A stretch of 64,000 nt of DNA from Vulcanimicrobiota bacterium (GTDB lineage: Bacteria; Vulcanimicrobiota; Vulcanimicrobiia; Vulcanimicrobiales; Vulcanimicrobiaceae), in contig CAWCIZ010000003.1 of assembly GCA_963795855.1 (NCBI GenBank), forward strand, positions 576,001 through 640,000. Reading direction: 5' to 3'. The translations under genes and the position numbers were made by a program. Position 1 is the stretch's first letter. Every line of letters begins with the position of its first letter. The notes beneath the pieces were generated by a model. That model made no database searches, was not told where the DNA came from, and saw nothing but the letters and a program-made list of their open reading frames with translations. This document shows positions 1 through 10,134 of this stretch, piece by piece.

Positions 1-351
1 CAGTACCGGCACGCGGCGGGCGCGTCGCTTTGGGAGATCCCCGCCGGTACGGCGGAAGCCCAAGAATCGTGCGAAGACGGCGCGCGGAGGGAGCTTCGCG
101 AGGAAACCGGCTACGAAGCCGAATCCTGGGAGTTGCTCTGCTCGGTGTACCCGACGCCCGGGTATTGCACCGAACGCGTCACCCTTTACGCGGCCCGGGA
201 ATTGCGCGCGGGAGCCCAGCAGCTCGAGGAAGACGAACGCATCGAAGTGCGTGAAGTCACCTTTTCGGAAGCCGCAAGCATGCAGGCGAAAGGCGAGATC
301 GTCGACATGAAAACGGTCTTGGCGCTTCTTTGGTTGGAGCGTCCGAGATAA
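1..351 (+). CDS. NUDIX hydrolase (ADP-ribose pyrophosphatase-like), 5' part outside window
   Basis: Frame 1 from base 1 reads QYRHAAGASLWEIPAGTAEAQESCEDGARRELREETGY (Nudix box), then YPTPG and EDERIEV; stop at 349-351. Confidence 0.9.
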   Translation, partial: QYRHAAGASLWEIPAGTAEAQESCEDGARRELREETGYEAESWELLCSVYPTPGYCTERVTLYAARELRAGAQQLEEDERIEVREVTFSEAASMQAKGEIVDMKTVLALLWLERPR

Positions 352-453
352 ATTAGTTTTTGTAAGAGTCGATAATCCATCTACGAAGTCGCCACGGAAT
401 GCGCTATTCTAGCGTTAATTGGCTGTGGCGTTTCGCCATGGAGGTAGTAGCGC

Positions 454-729
454 GTGGATACACCGCGGGATATCAATGCGGTTCTAAAATATTTGCTCAG
501 CGATGGCAAGGAAGCCGGAGTGTCGTCCGTGTTAGCACCCGAAGATGAAGCGTATCTCAACAAGCTCATTGCCGCGGTTCGCGCAGGCAAACGCGCCGTA
601 CTCATCGTCGAAGATTCGGATGACAAGCTCAAGTATATGTTCAGCAATGCTTCACGCGCCGAGGCCGTGAGCATGCTGGGCAAAGTCATCGAAGCGACCG
701 GACGGCGTCTGGCGAACGGCGACGACTAA
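454..729 (+). CDS. Hypothetical protein, 91 aa
   Basis: GGAGG upstream of GTG; protein-like composition; no recognised motif. Confidence 0.7.
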   Translation: MDTPRDINAVLKYLLSDGKEAGVSSVLAPEDEAYLNKLIAAVRAGKRAVLIVEDSDDKLKYMFSNASRAEAVSMLGKVIEATGRRLANGDD

Positions 730-2160
730 CCATACGGCTGCAAAAATAAGCCGTCGATTTTACCATCGGGCGTCAACGTGAAATCGTAGCGGTATTCTCC
801 GTTACGAAACTTCACGTCGAACACGTAAACCGTATCGCCCGACCGCTGGTAGCTCTCGACCGGGACGAGCGAGAGCACCGGCCCAAATGCTTGAAAATCA
901 GACTCGCTGTACGACCTGGTCGCTCAAGTATTGACTAAACGGCGCGGTGAGCTGCGTGCGATCGACATCGACGCGCGCGAGGCGTCCGAGCCATTCCGTG
1001 GCCCGTCCCATGATGAGATTTCCGAAATGCGCCGGCGGCAGCGGCGCGATGATGTCCAGTATTCGGGTTGCCAGTCGCTCGGGCTGCACGGTATTTTCAC
1101 CGCGCAGCCCGTTTGCGTTCGCGAGTACGATGACGGCCAAATGCTCCTCCGGCAGCAAGGCGTTCATAGCGTGAAATCCGGGCAGCTCTCCGCTCTGCCA
1201 AATGAAGCGCTGTCCGCCTCGCTGATCGATAACCCATCCCATGCCGTACTGAATGCCGCCGGGCAGCCCGTTCGGCGTCCACATCTCGCGAACGGAATCG
1301 ACGTTGAGGAGCAGGGGCAACCCGACATCCCACTTCGCCAAGTCTTGCACGGTCGTCACCAAGTCAGCGGTTCCGAAAAGCCAACTCGAATCCCACGACC
1401 GGGCGCGCCGAAACTTGCCCTGCTCGCGCGTGTATCCCAGCGCGTGCTGCGGCGAAATTCCCTGATCCCCGACGAGAAAGCTCGACGTCATGATCAGCGG
1501 CTGAAAGATCTGCGTCGAATAAAAAATCGAGAGCGGCAGACCGCTTACGCGCTGCACGATGAGACCGGCGAGCACGAAATTCAGCGCATTGTCGTCGAAC
1601 GCGGTGCCCGGGTGCGATTGCATCGGCATGCGGTTCGCGGCGGCGATTAGATTCTCGAGCTTCACCGGGCGCGTCAAGTCTGCCGCAATCCCAGGCGCGT
1701 TGCGCAGTTGCGGCAGCCCCGAGCTTTGCTGAAGCAACTGACGCAGCGTCACGTCCTTGGCCGTGGCGAGCTCGGGAACGTATTTCGTGACCTTGTCGTC
1801 CAGCGTCAGTTTTTTCTGCTGGGCGAGCATGAGAATGCCCGCAGCGGCGAACTGCCGGCTCAGCGATCCCGCGTAAAATTGGGTGCTGGGCGTGACGGCG
1901 CGCTTGGCTTGAACGTTCGCATCGCCGAACCCGCGAGCGTAGACCAGCAGGCCGTCCTCAACGACGCCGATGGCAAGGCCGGGCGTGCTGCCCGAATGAA
2001 TTTCGGCCCGCGCGGCGGCATCGATTCCGCGCGCCTTCTCCACTGAAAAGGGCGGAGCCGTGGGGAGCGCGGGCGGCGGCGTCGGTTGAATCTGTTGCGC
2101 GATTGCGCTGGAGCCGAACGACGAACAAGCAAACACGAAGCAGGCAATCGCAATCCGCAT
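726..2160 (-). CDS. Secreted beta-lactamase-family serine hydrolase homolog, apparently inactive; one extra base at ~900
   Basis: Signal peptide and class C/PBP fold (PGLAIGVV, LDDKVTKYVP, YGMGW). Removing base 900 adds 57 aa (DFQAFGPVLSL...GKIDGLFLQPYG) to TAG at 726-728. Confidence 0.8.
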
Positions 2161-2206
2161 GAGCCCGCACTTCGGTGCCTAGGCTCTTGAAGGCCTTGCT
2201 CGCCGT

Positions 2207-2869
2207 TCAATATGCGAGGTGCGCGTCGGCGACGACCGTGTTGCCTTCGAGCAGCGCCAGCTCGTCCATCTTGTGATTGACCGGCAGATACAGCGTGCCG
2301 CTTTCGCCGTGCATCGCGACCGTTCCGAGCATTTGCATGCGGCCCCCGTGCACGTACGCCACCTGCATGCCGGGACGCGGATGCATCACGACGACGTAAT
2401 ACCAGTCGCCGCGCGCTCCGTACAGCACCTTTGCGTTCATGCGTTGGTTACGGGGACTCATGAACACCGCGCGATCGACGTCGGTGCCTGCGCTTGCGAG
2501 GCGAGCGAGCGCGCGTTCGTCTTGGTGCATCGCCTGCAAGGCGGTGTTGCGGTCCACCGCGACCCACGTCGGTACGAGCGCGAGGACGATCGCTGCAGCG
2601 ACTGCGGCTGCGAACGGATGCCACGTCAGAACGCGGCGATGCGCGGCATGCGCGAACGAGCGATCGAGGCGCGATCGTAACGCGGCGGGAGCCTCGCGAA
2701 CGGGCTGCGCTTGTGCTTGCGCGAGAACGCAAACCGTCTCTTCCGCTTCTCGTAGTCGGCCCGCGCATACGACGCACCGCGCGCCGTGGCGTTCGACCCG
2801 CGCGCTCTCGCTCTCGCTCAACGAACCGAGCGCGTAGAGTTCCGCGAGATCGTCGACGTGATCGGTCAT
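2207..2869 (-). CDS. Membrane-anchored anti-sigma factor (RskA-like, zinc-binding N-terminus)
   Basis: LYALGSL...HGARCVVC (HxxxCxxC), one TM helix, ATGA overlap with the upstream ECF sigma gene. Confidence 0.85.
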   Translation of the reverse strand: MTDHVDDLAELYALGSLSESESARVERHGARCVVCAGRLREAEETVCVLAQAQAQPVREAPAALRSRLDRSFAHAAHRRVLTWHPFAAAVAAAIVLALVPTWVAVDRNTALQAMHQDERALARLASAGTDVDRAVFMSPRNQRMNAKVLYGARGDWYYVVVMHPRPGMQVAYVHGGRMQMLGTVAMHGESGTLYLPVNHKMDELALLEGNTVVADAHLAY

Positions 2870-3432
2870 GCGCGCGGTTCCGTTCGCAAAGCGGCGCCGA
2901 GTTTGCGCAGCGCCAGCGCGATGCGGCTCTTCACCGTGCCGAGTGGCTCGCCTAGTTCTCGCGCGATCTCCACGTGCGTCTTTTCACCGAAATAGGCGAG
3001 AAGCAGTGCGGCGCGCTGATCGTGCGGAAGCTGTGCGAGCGCTTCGCGTACGCGGCGCTCTTCGACGAAATCGGTGATGTGCAGTTCCTGAGTCTGAGGC
3101 GCTTCGCGCCCGATGCGTTCGTTCATGCGTTCGCGGCGCGCCGCGGAGCGCGTGCGCGAGATGGCGTCGTTTCGAACGCATACGACCAAAAACGAGCGAA
3201 CCGATCCGCGATCGACGGTATACGTTCGCGGGTTCTTCCACACGCGCACGAGCACGTCGTGCACGCAATCTTCCGCCTCCTCGGCAACGTGCAGCACACT
3301 GTGTGCGACCGAGTAAAGCAGCGAACCGAATCGGCGATACGCTTCGTCGAACGCCCAGCGCTCGCGGCGCGCGAATGCCTGCGCCAACGTCGTCTCGTCA
3401 GCGCCTTCGTCGGGCGCGGCGGCGGTTGCCAT
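2866..3432 (-). CDS. ECF RNA polymerase sigma factor (SigK-like)
   Basis: Region 2 (EAEDCVHDVLVRVW) and region 4 (THVEIARELGEPLGTVKSRI). Confidence 0.92.
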   Translation of the reverse strand: MATAAAPDEGADETTLAQAFARRERWAFDEAYRRFGSLLYSVAHSVLHVAEEAEDCVHDVLVRVWKNPRTYTVDRGSVRSFLVVCVRNDAISRTRSAARRERMNERIGREAPQTQELHITDFVEERRVREALAQLPHDQRAALLLAYFGEKTHVEIARELGEPLGTVKSRIALALRKLGAALRTEPRA

Positions 3433-3488
3433 GGCTCGCGCTCACTTCGGTCACGTCTAAAGTACGCCTGCGCGGGCATGATTGGACT

Positions 3489-3635
3489 ATGGACGTACCA
3501 GAAATGCCCGACTCACCGGAACCGCCCGACGAGCCGGACAAGCTGCCGGAGAAACCGGAACTGACGACCGGCGGAACGGGCACGCTGCCGCAGAAGGGCG
3601 TGCCGAACCCGGGCTTTACCGCGCGCGGCGACTAG
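3489..3635 (+). CDS. Small Pro/acidic-rich hypothetical protein, 48 aa
   Basis: MDVPEMPDSPEPPDEPDKLPEKPELTTGGTGTLPQKGVPNPGFTARGD with GC3-rich codons; fills the gap between two minus-strand genes. Confidence 0.5.
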   Translation: MDVPEMPDSPEPPDEPDKLPEKPELTTGGTGTLPQKGVPNPGFTARGD

Positions 3636-3638
3636 CGC

Positions 3639-5610
3639 TTAAACGCGCAGCACTAAAACGGCGATGTCGTCGCGTTGCGGCGCGTCCAGCACGGCGTCGA
3701 TAATCGCTTGCGCCGGATTCTCATGGTCGAGAAATGCGCGCGCGGCCAGCACGTCGTGCAGCCGGCGTTCCGCCGCGATGACGTCGCGGCCATATTCGAT
3801 GAGCCCGTCGGTGAAAAAGACGAGGGTCGTCCCTTCGCTCAGAACCATGTGGCGCTGCTCGAGCAGCACCTCGTCGAATGCATCGCCCATCGGCGGCCCC
3901 GTGCCGTTCAGTGCCTCGATCGTGCCGTCGGCGCGCAGCGCGACCGGCGGTGGATGACCGGCGACGCTATACGTCAGTTCCCGCGTGCGGGGGTTGTACA
4001 AACCGTAGAGGGCGGTGATCATGGGGTGCGTGTGCTCGAGCGTGATTATCCGGTTCGCGCGCGCGAGCACGTCTTTAGGCGCATGCAGATCGAGCGCCGC
4101 GGCGCGTATCGACTGCCGCACGATGCCCATTGTAACCGCGGCCTCGACGCCGTGGCCCGCAACGTCGCCGACTGAAAGTGCGATGCGGCCGCCCTCGACC
4201 GGAAACGCATCGTACCAGTCGCCGCCGACCGCCTCGCCGTCGCCTGATGCCGCGGCGGAATAGGCGAATGAAAAGCGCACGCCGGCAACGTCGGGCAGCG
4301 ACGACGGAAGCAGCGCCCGCTGCAGCGTCGTGGCGACGCGGTGTTCGCGCGCGAAAGAGTGCGCGTTCTCGAGTCCGATCGCGCCGCGCCGTCCGAGCTC
4401 GAGGGCGGTGGTGACGTCGAATTCAGTGTATAAGCGCGTCGGATCGTCCGTGGCGATTCCCAGCACACCGAATACCCGATCGCGAATGCGCAGCGGGACC
4501 ATCAAACCGGAAGCGTACCCGACCTCGCGGTACACCTCGCGGTGACGGCCGTCCGGAATGACGTACGCGACCGCTTCATCGTCGACGTGCGGCAGCAACT
4601 GCGGCTTGAGCGTCGCGTAGACCGCCGGCGGTCCGAGGCGCGCTTCGTCGTTGTAGATATGAAGGCCGGCGAGTCTGCGCGAGGACTCGTTCTTTCTCGG
4701 GATCTCCGTGCGCGACGACGGAAACGCGCAAGCGGCCCCGGTCGTCCGGAATGTCGATCTGGCACCACGTTCCGAGCGAAGCGATCGCCAAGCGCGCGAT
4801 CCGCTCGAGCGTCGTGTGCACGTCGAGCGTGGATCCGAGTACGTCGCTCGCCAGCGCGAAAAATGCTTGCTGCGCCTCCGCGCGTTTTTGTTTGTCGATG
4901 TTCGTGGCGGTGCCGAGCCAGCTCGTCACCCTGCCTTCCGCGTCTCGAATCGGGATCGAGCGGAAGAGAAACCAGCGGTACTTCCCGTCCTTGCCCCGGT
5001 ACCGGCATTCATCTTCGAACGCTTCGCCCGTGGCGAGCGTGCGTTCGCGCTCCGCTTGCAAACGCGCGGCGTCTTCGGGATGCACGACGACCTGCCAGCC
5101 GGAGCCGCAGTTTTGTTCTTCGTTCAGCCCGGTGTAATCGAGCCACCGTTTATTCGCGTACGTTGCGCTGCCATCGGGCGCGTCGAGCCACACGAACGAC
5201 GGGATCGCTTCCGCGATCGTTTGATAGCGGCGCTCCGCCTCACGGTTCTGCGTGACGTCGACGAAGACGCCGATACTGCCATGAACGACGCCGCCGGCGC
5301 TGCGCAGCGGCCATGCCGACGCGATGAGTTCGAAACGCGTACCGTCGTCGCGCAAGAGTTGCAACGGCGTGTCCAACACTTCGGTTCCGCCGTCGGCGGC
5401 GCGGTATAACGGCAACTCGTACGTTGCCAGTTCTCGGCCTTCAAGGAAATAGCGAACGTTCGGCGTGCCCGAAATCTCGCGAAACGCACGATTGCCTTGA
5501 ACGCGATCGCAATCGCGATCGAACGCGATCGCGATTGGAATCGGCAGCCGCTCGAGGACGCTTAATAGCCCGAGGACATAGACCTCGAACCCGCGGGTCT
5601 GGCTTTGCAT
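3639..5610 (-). CDS. PAS-PAS-GAF-SpoIIE (PP2C-type) sensor phosphatase, split by one extra base at 4674
   Basis: PAS/PAC motifs (YANKRWLDYTG, HPED, DGKYRWF), then GAF, LQRALLP, VGGDWYD, GDVAGHG, FTDGLIE, RDDIAVL. The two ORFs join if base 4674 is removed. Confidence 0.88.
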
Positions 5611-5648
5611 CTTGCGGTCAGGTTCGCGGCGGCCCGGCAAAAGCCGTT

Positions 5649-5924
5649 TTACTGAATCGCGAAGACCGGCACTTTGCCCCTGATGAGCGACACCTTAATG
5701 GTGTCATTGGCCTTGACTTTGCCGAAGTTCACACTGCCGGTTGCAGCAAGCGTCGTCTCCATGCCGTTGTCCATCTTGACGGTAAGGTGCTGCGAGTCCT
5801 GAACTTGTTCCACCTTCACGACATAAGTGCCGTCGGGAATCAGCGAGGCGCTGACGGTCGCTGCGATCCCGGTCGCCGGTGCGGTGAGTGAAACCAGTGC
5901 GAGAAGCAAAATCCGTTTCGTCAT
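5649..5924 (-). CDS. Small secreted hypothetical protein (beta-rich, OB-fold-like)
   Basis: Clear signal peptide MTKRILLLALVSL...; alternating beta-strand pattern. Confidence 0.7.
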   Translation of the reverse strand: MTKRILLLALVSLTAPATGIAATVSASLIPDGTYVVKVEQVQDSQHLTVKMDNGMETTLAATGSVNFGKVKANDTIKVSLIRGKVPVFAIQ

Positions 5925-5965
5925 ACTGCGAGAGTTTATCGCGAGTGCTTGCCATATCGCAATAC

Positions 5966-5998
5966 GAAAACGGCAGCTGCAAGTCAGCTGCCGTTTTC
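5966..5998 (-). terminator. Intrinsic terminator after rplT (probably bidirectional)
   Basis: Perfect 14-bp inverted repeat GAAAACGGCAGCTG-caagt-CAGCTGCCGTTTTC, 20 nt past the rplT stop. Confidence 0.8.
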
Positions 5999-6018
5999 TT
6001 TACGTTAAGACGCGGCCG

Positions 6019-6378
6019 TTATTTTCCAGCCGCTTGTTTTGCCACTTTGAGCAGAGAACCGAAAGCGGCCGCATCCGACACGGCCAGTTCTGCGAGCGCC
6101 TTGCGGTTGAGCGTGACGCCCGACTTCTTGAGCCCGCTCATGAAGACCGAGTACGTAAGGCCTTCCTTGCGGGCGGCGGCGTTGATGCGGCTGATCCACA
6201 GCGCGCGAAAGTCGCGTTTGCGGACGCGGCGATCGCGGAATGCGTACGCCAGCGAATGCAGCAGCGCTTCGTTCGCGACGCGATAGTTGCGCCGGCGGGC
6301 GGCGCGAAAGCCCTTGACGAGCTTCATCACCTTGCGGCGATGTTTGAGGCCGTGGAGGCCGCGTTTGATACGTGCCAT
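6019..6378 (-). CDS. rplT: 50S ribosomal protein L20
   Basis: MARIKRG...AFRDRRVRKRDFRALWISRINAAAR; operon position. Confidence 0.98.
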   Translation of the reverse strand: MARIKRGLHGLKHRRKVMKLVKGFRAARRRNYRVANEALLHSLAYAFRDRRVRKRDFRALWISRINAAARKEGLTYSVFMSGLKKSGVTLNRKALAELAVSDAAAFGSLLKVAKQAAGK

Positions 6379-6393
6379 GCGGTCGAACCCTCC

Positions 6394-6600
6394 TTACACC
6401 AGATACGGAATCGTCGGCGCCAAGCGTTTGAGATCGCCGGCGAACACCGGCTGATCTTTGCGGAACTTGCGTTTGCGCTTGCGCGTGCGCTTGCTCATGA
6501 TGTGGCCGCAGCCGCTGAACTGGTGGCGGTGCTGAACGACGCCGTTCGCGCTGACCTTCACCCGTTTGGCGGTGCCACGATGGGTACGAATCTTAGGCAC
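6394..6600 (-). CDS. rpmI: 50S ribosomal protein L35
   Basis: MPKIRTHRGTAKRVKVSANG; lies between infC and rplT. Confidence 0.96.
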   Translation of the reverse strand: MPKIRTHRGTAKRVKVSANGVVQHRHQFSGCGHIMSKRTRKRKRKFRKDQPVFAGDLKRLAPTIPYLV

Positions 6601-7205
6601 TGGTAGGCTCCTCCGTCTTCGCGGCTTCTGTTGCCGGCTTCTGGATATCGCGTTCTTTCTCGTGCTGCGACAAGAATTTCGGCGGACCCGACGGCACCGG
6701 ACGAGGCGCGAGGATCATAAACATGTTTTTTCCTTCGAGCTTCGGATCGCGTTCGACCGTAGCGATCGGCGCCATGTCGACGGCCATTCGATCGAGCAGT
6801 TTACGTCCGAAACTCGTATAGGTTATTTCGCGTCCGCGGAACATGATCGTGACTTTGATCTTGCTGCCGTCGAGCAGCAGACGCTCCGCCATGCGGGCCT
6901 TCGTCTCGTAATCGTGCGTCTCGATCTTCGGGCGCAGCTTCACTTCTTTCAGTTCGAAGTTCTTCTGCTTTTTGCGGGTGTCTTTATCTTTTTTCGACTG
7001 CTCGTATTTCAGGCGCCCGTAGTCGCCGATTTTGCACACGGGAGGCTGCGCCGTAGGCGACACCTCGATGAGATCGAGGCCCGCGCCTCGCGCCCTGCCC
7101 AGTGCATCTTCGGTCAGCATGATTCCGAGCTGACTTCCGTCCTCGTCGATCACCCGCACCTGACGAATGCGAATCTGGTCGTTTACTCTGAGCGGTCGAG
7201 CTGAT
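6593..7205 (-). CDS. infC: Translation initiation factor IF-3 with non-canonical ATC/ATA start
   Basis: RVNDQIRIRQVRVIDEDG...KEVKLRPKIETHD...FRGRE. SD AAGAGGT lies 7 nt before ATC(A)GCT at 7205; one surplus base at 7202-7203. Confidence 0.95.
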
Positions 7206-7261
7206 GAGAATTACCTCTTACAAAAAGACGTTGCCGTGCGCGGGCCCCCGTTTGCGCTTCG

Positions 7262-7380
7262 GCAAATAAAAATGGCGCCGCCGAAGCGACCCCATCCAGC
7301 GGTACCGGCCGGCGGCACCTCAGGTGAAGACCGGATCGCCCGCGGGCATCCGGTGAGGACCCTCGCGGGCCCTGCTTCGG
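7262..7380 (-). promoter_or_regulatory. Ribosomal protein L20 leader-like attenuator RNA
   Basis: AAGCAG-[GGCCC gcga GGGTC]-CTC-ACCGGA...TCCGGT, followed by stem GGTGCCGCCGG/TCGGCGGCGCC and a U tract, directly upstream of infC-rpmI-rplT. Confidence 0.7.
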
Positions 7381-7387
7381 CTCAGGG

Positions 7388-7418
7388 AGCATACCATAGC
7401 CCCCCGGGTGGCAGTCAA
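7388..7418 (-). promoter_or_regulatory. Putative sigma70 promoter of the infC operon
   Basis: TTGACT ... TGgTATGCT (extended -10); spacer is 19 nt, longer than optimal. Confidence 0.4.
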
Positions 7419-7466
7419 GGAAAGGTCGCGGAGGACCCGGGAAGCGGCCCACCGATGTAGCCGTGC

Positions 7467-7922
7467 ATGCTCACCTACCGCGAAGGCGCCGCGGCCGACG
7501 TGCCGGTTCTCGCCCAGTTCTGGCACGACATGCTGATCGAGTCTCAAGTGGCGGGCAGCGGATTCGTGCCGGATTGGCGCCGGCGCCTTGAGTGGGATTT
7601 CTCGGCGCAACTGGCGGCGGGGACCGCAGCCTGGTTCCTCGCCGAGGACGCCGGCCATATCGTCGGTGTTGCCGCGGCGTTTTTGAGTCAAAACTCAGCC
7701 GGCGCGCTGCTCGACTCGCAAGCGACGCTGGCGGGAATCTACGTCGTTCCCGGTCACCGCCGCCGCGGAATCGCGCGAGAACTGACGCAGCGCGCTATCG
7801 CTTGGTGCAGGCAGCGCGGGTGCGTACGCGTTCGCCTGCAAGCATCGCAGGCCGGACGGCCGCTCTACGAATCGCTCGGATTCCGGACGTTCCGCGAAAT
7901 GATGAAGCTGGATCTTCGTTAA
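7467..7922 (+). CDS. GNAT family N-acetyltransferase
   Basis: IYVVPGHRRRGIA (motif A) and GRPLYESLGF (motif B). Confidence 0.9.
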   Translation: MLTYREGAAADVPVLAQFWHDMLIESQVAGSGFVPDWRRRLEWDFSAQLAAGTAAWFLAEDAGHIVGVAAAFLSQNSAGALLDSQATLAGIYVVPGHRRRGIARELTQRAIAWCRQRGCVRVRLQASQAGRPLYESLGFRTFREMMKLDLR

Positions 7923-7930
7923 GCGCCCAT

Positions 7931-8236
7931 TTACGGCGCCGCTTCTTCGTGTAAGACCTTCCCGGTCTTGGGATCGATCTTGCGCTGCGCGTTGTCTTCG
8001 GTCGTGCCGACGACGATGCCGACTTCATCACGTATGGACGTGTATTTGTTGTGCGGCGCCTTGGAAGAACGCGGTTCGATCTGCCAAAGCACGTCGCCCT
8101 TTTCGCTCACGCCGAAGATGTTCTGCGGATAATCCTGATCCGGAGGAACGCTCAGTAAGAGCACGTTGACGCCGCCGATTTCGATGCGCTGCTTTATCGC
8201 GTAAGCGGGCAGGCTGGGGAATTGGCCGGTACTCAT
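7931..8236 (-). CDS. Hypothetical protein, ~101 aa, PQQ-like beta repeats
   Basis: NIFGVSEKGDVLWQIE and KIDPKTGKVL patterns; GC3-biased codons. Confidence 0.7.
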   Translation of the reverse strand: MSTGQFPSLPAYAIKQRIEIGGVNVLLLSVPPDQDYPQNIFGVSEKGDVLWQIEPRSSKAPHNKYTSIRDEVGIVVGTTEDNAQRKIDPKTGKVLHEEAAP

Positions 8237-8307
8237 TTCGGCATCGTACCCGTGCCGCGATGGTGGCATGCATGATGACGTGGCGCGCGAGGCGTAGCAG
8301 AGTCGCT

Positions 8308-10134
8308 ATGTTTGCTGCTGCACTCCTAGCCGCCGCCATGAGCGGCCCTATTACGCTTGTCGTCGACGCGTCGAAGGCTCCCACGCAAAACATCGTCCGG
8401 ACGCACGAAGTCATTCCGGTCGCGCCCGGTCCGCTCACGCTGTATTATCCGCAGTGGATCCCCGGCGAACACGGCCCCGTCGGTCCCATTCAGAACTTGG
8501 CCGAGTTGACGATTACCGCTAACGGCAAGCCCGTAGCGTGGCATCGCGATCCGTCGAATATGTTTGCGTTCACGATGGACGTGCCGGCGGGCGCACAAAG
8601 CATCGAAGCGGATTTCACGTACCTGGGAGCGACGTTCGGGCATTACTCCTCGAACCGCTTGTCGTCGCCGAACATATTCGTCATCGATTGGAATCAGAAC
8701 GTGCTCTATCCGTCGTACGGCACGAACGATACGACGCAGTTCGTTCCGACGCTCGTTTTGCCCGGCGAGAACTGGAAATTCGCAACCGCGCTGTACGATC
8801 CCAAGCGCAGCGGAAACACGGTAACCTGGAGCACGACGCCGCTCGGGCGTTTAATGGACTCACCACTGGATGCGTGCGTGAACTTTCGCAAGTGGAATCT
8901 CTGGAGCGGCCCCGCGGCTTTTCCCGGAACGGCATCGCTCAACGTCTGCGCCGACACGCCCGAAGAATTGGACGCGGACAATACGACGGTCGGCCATTTT
9001 CGCGCCCTGGTTCAAGAAATGATCGCGATGTACGGTGCGCGCCACTGGCACGATTACCACTTCCTGCTCACGATTTCCGACGTGATGCCGGGCGAAGGCG
9101 TCGAGCACCACGAGTCGAGCGACGACGGCGAGACGGGCGCGTATCTGATCGATCCGAAGTTGCTCGAGCGCGGCGGCGACTTGCTCTCGCATGAGTTCAA
9201 CCACTCCTGGGACGGCAAGTACCGCATGCCCGATGGGTTGGTGCGCAGCAATTTGAACGAAGCTTACGACGATTCGCTGCTGTGGGTCTACGAGGGTATG
9301 ACGCAATATTATGGAGACGTCATGTCGTACCGCGACGGGATCCGCGACGCGAAGAATTGGCCCGATCACATCGCCGCGGTCTACGCGAATTACGACAACG
9401 AACAAGGGCGGGACTGGCGCCCTCTGGGCGATACGGCAACCTCGGGTCCGTTTTTGTACGGCTCGCCGCGCGGCTACTATTCCGAGCGCCGCGGCGTCGA
9501 CTTTTACTCGGAAGGCGAACTCGTCTGGCTCCTCGCCGACGCTGTTATTCGCGACCGAACGCACGACAAAGCCTCGCTCGACACCTTCGCGCGCGCGTTC
9601 TTCGGCGCGCAGAACACTGGCCCGATCACCGCTCCCTACAATCGCGCCGATGTTATCGCCGCGCTGAACCAAGTTGCGCCTTACGATTGGACTGGATTCT
9701 TCCATCGCTGGATCGACGATGTCGCCGTGCACCCGCCCGCGGGCTTCGAGCCGGACGGCTGGAAAATGGTGTACACGGACGAACCTTCGCACGACGTGCG
9801 CAAGAATAACTTCGTGTATTCGCTCGGCCTGGTAAGCATGGACGGCACGGTGAGCGACGTCCATTTCGGATCGCCGGCATGGAAAGCCGGTTTGGGCATC
9901 GGCGAAAAACTCGTTGCCGTGAACGGCCGCGAATACAGCGACGATCTGCTGTACGATGCCGTCAAAGAAGCGCAAACCGCTCATCGCCCAATCTCTTTGC
10001 TGGTCGAAAAAGACGAGATGTATCGAACGGTGGCGATTTCGTACTTCGGCGGTCCACGCTACCCGCATTTGGAACGCGTTAAAGGCGCCGCGGACAGGCT
10101 CTCCCAGGTCGTCAAACCGCTGCGAAAGATGTGA
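8308..10134 (+). CDS. Secreted M61 glycyl aminopeptidase with C-terminal PDZ domain
   Basis: Signal peptide, PQWIPGEH, LMDSPL, GVEH, HEFNHSW zinc motif, LLWVYEGMTQYY, PDZ (GSPAWKAGL). Confidence 0.92.
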   Translation: MFAAALLAAAMSGPITLVVDASKAPTQNIVRTHEVIPVAPGPLTLYYPQWIPGEHGPVGPIQNLAELTITANGKPVAWHRDPSNMFAFTMDVPAGAQSIEADFTYLGATFGHYSSNRLSSPNIFVIDWNQNVLYPSYGTNDTTQFVPTLVLPGENWKFATALYDPKRSGNTVTWSTTPLGRLMDSPLDACVNFRKWNLWSGPAAFPGTASLNVCADTPEELDADNTTVGHFRALVQEMIAMYGARHWHDYHFLLTISDVMPGEGVEHHESSDDGETGAYLIDPKLLERGGDLLSHEFNHSWDGKYRMPDGLVRSNLNEAYDDSLLWVYEGMTQYYGDVMSYRDGIRDAKNWPDHIAAVYANYDNEQGRDWRPLGDTATSGPFLYGSPRGYYSERRGVDFYSEGELVWLLADAVIRDRTHDKASLDTFARAFFGAQNTGPITAPYNRADVIAALNQVAPYDWTGFFHRWIDDVAVHPPAGFEPDGWKMVYTDEPSHDVRKNNFVYSLGLVSMDGTVSDVHFGSPAWKAGLGIGEKLVAVNGREYSDDLLYDAVKEAQTAHRPISLLVEKDEMYRTVAISYFGGPRYPHLERVKGAADRLSQVVKPLRKM

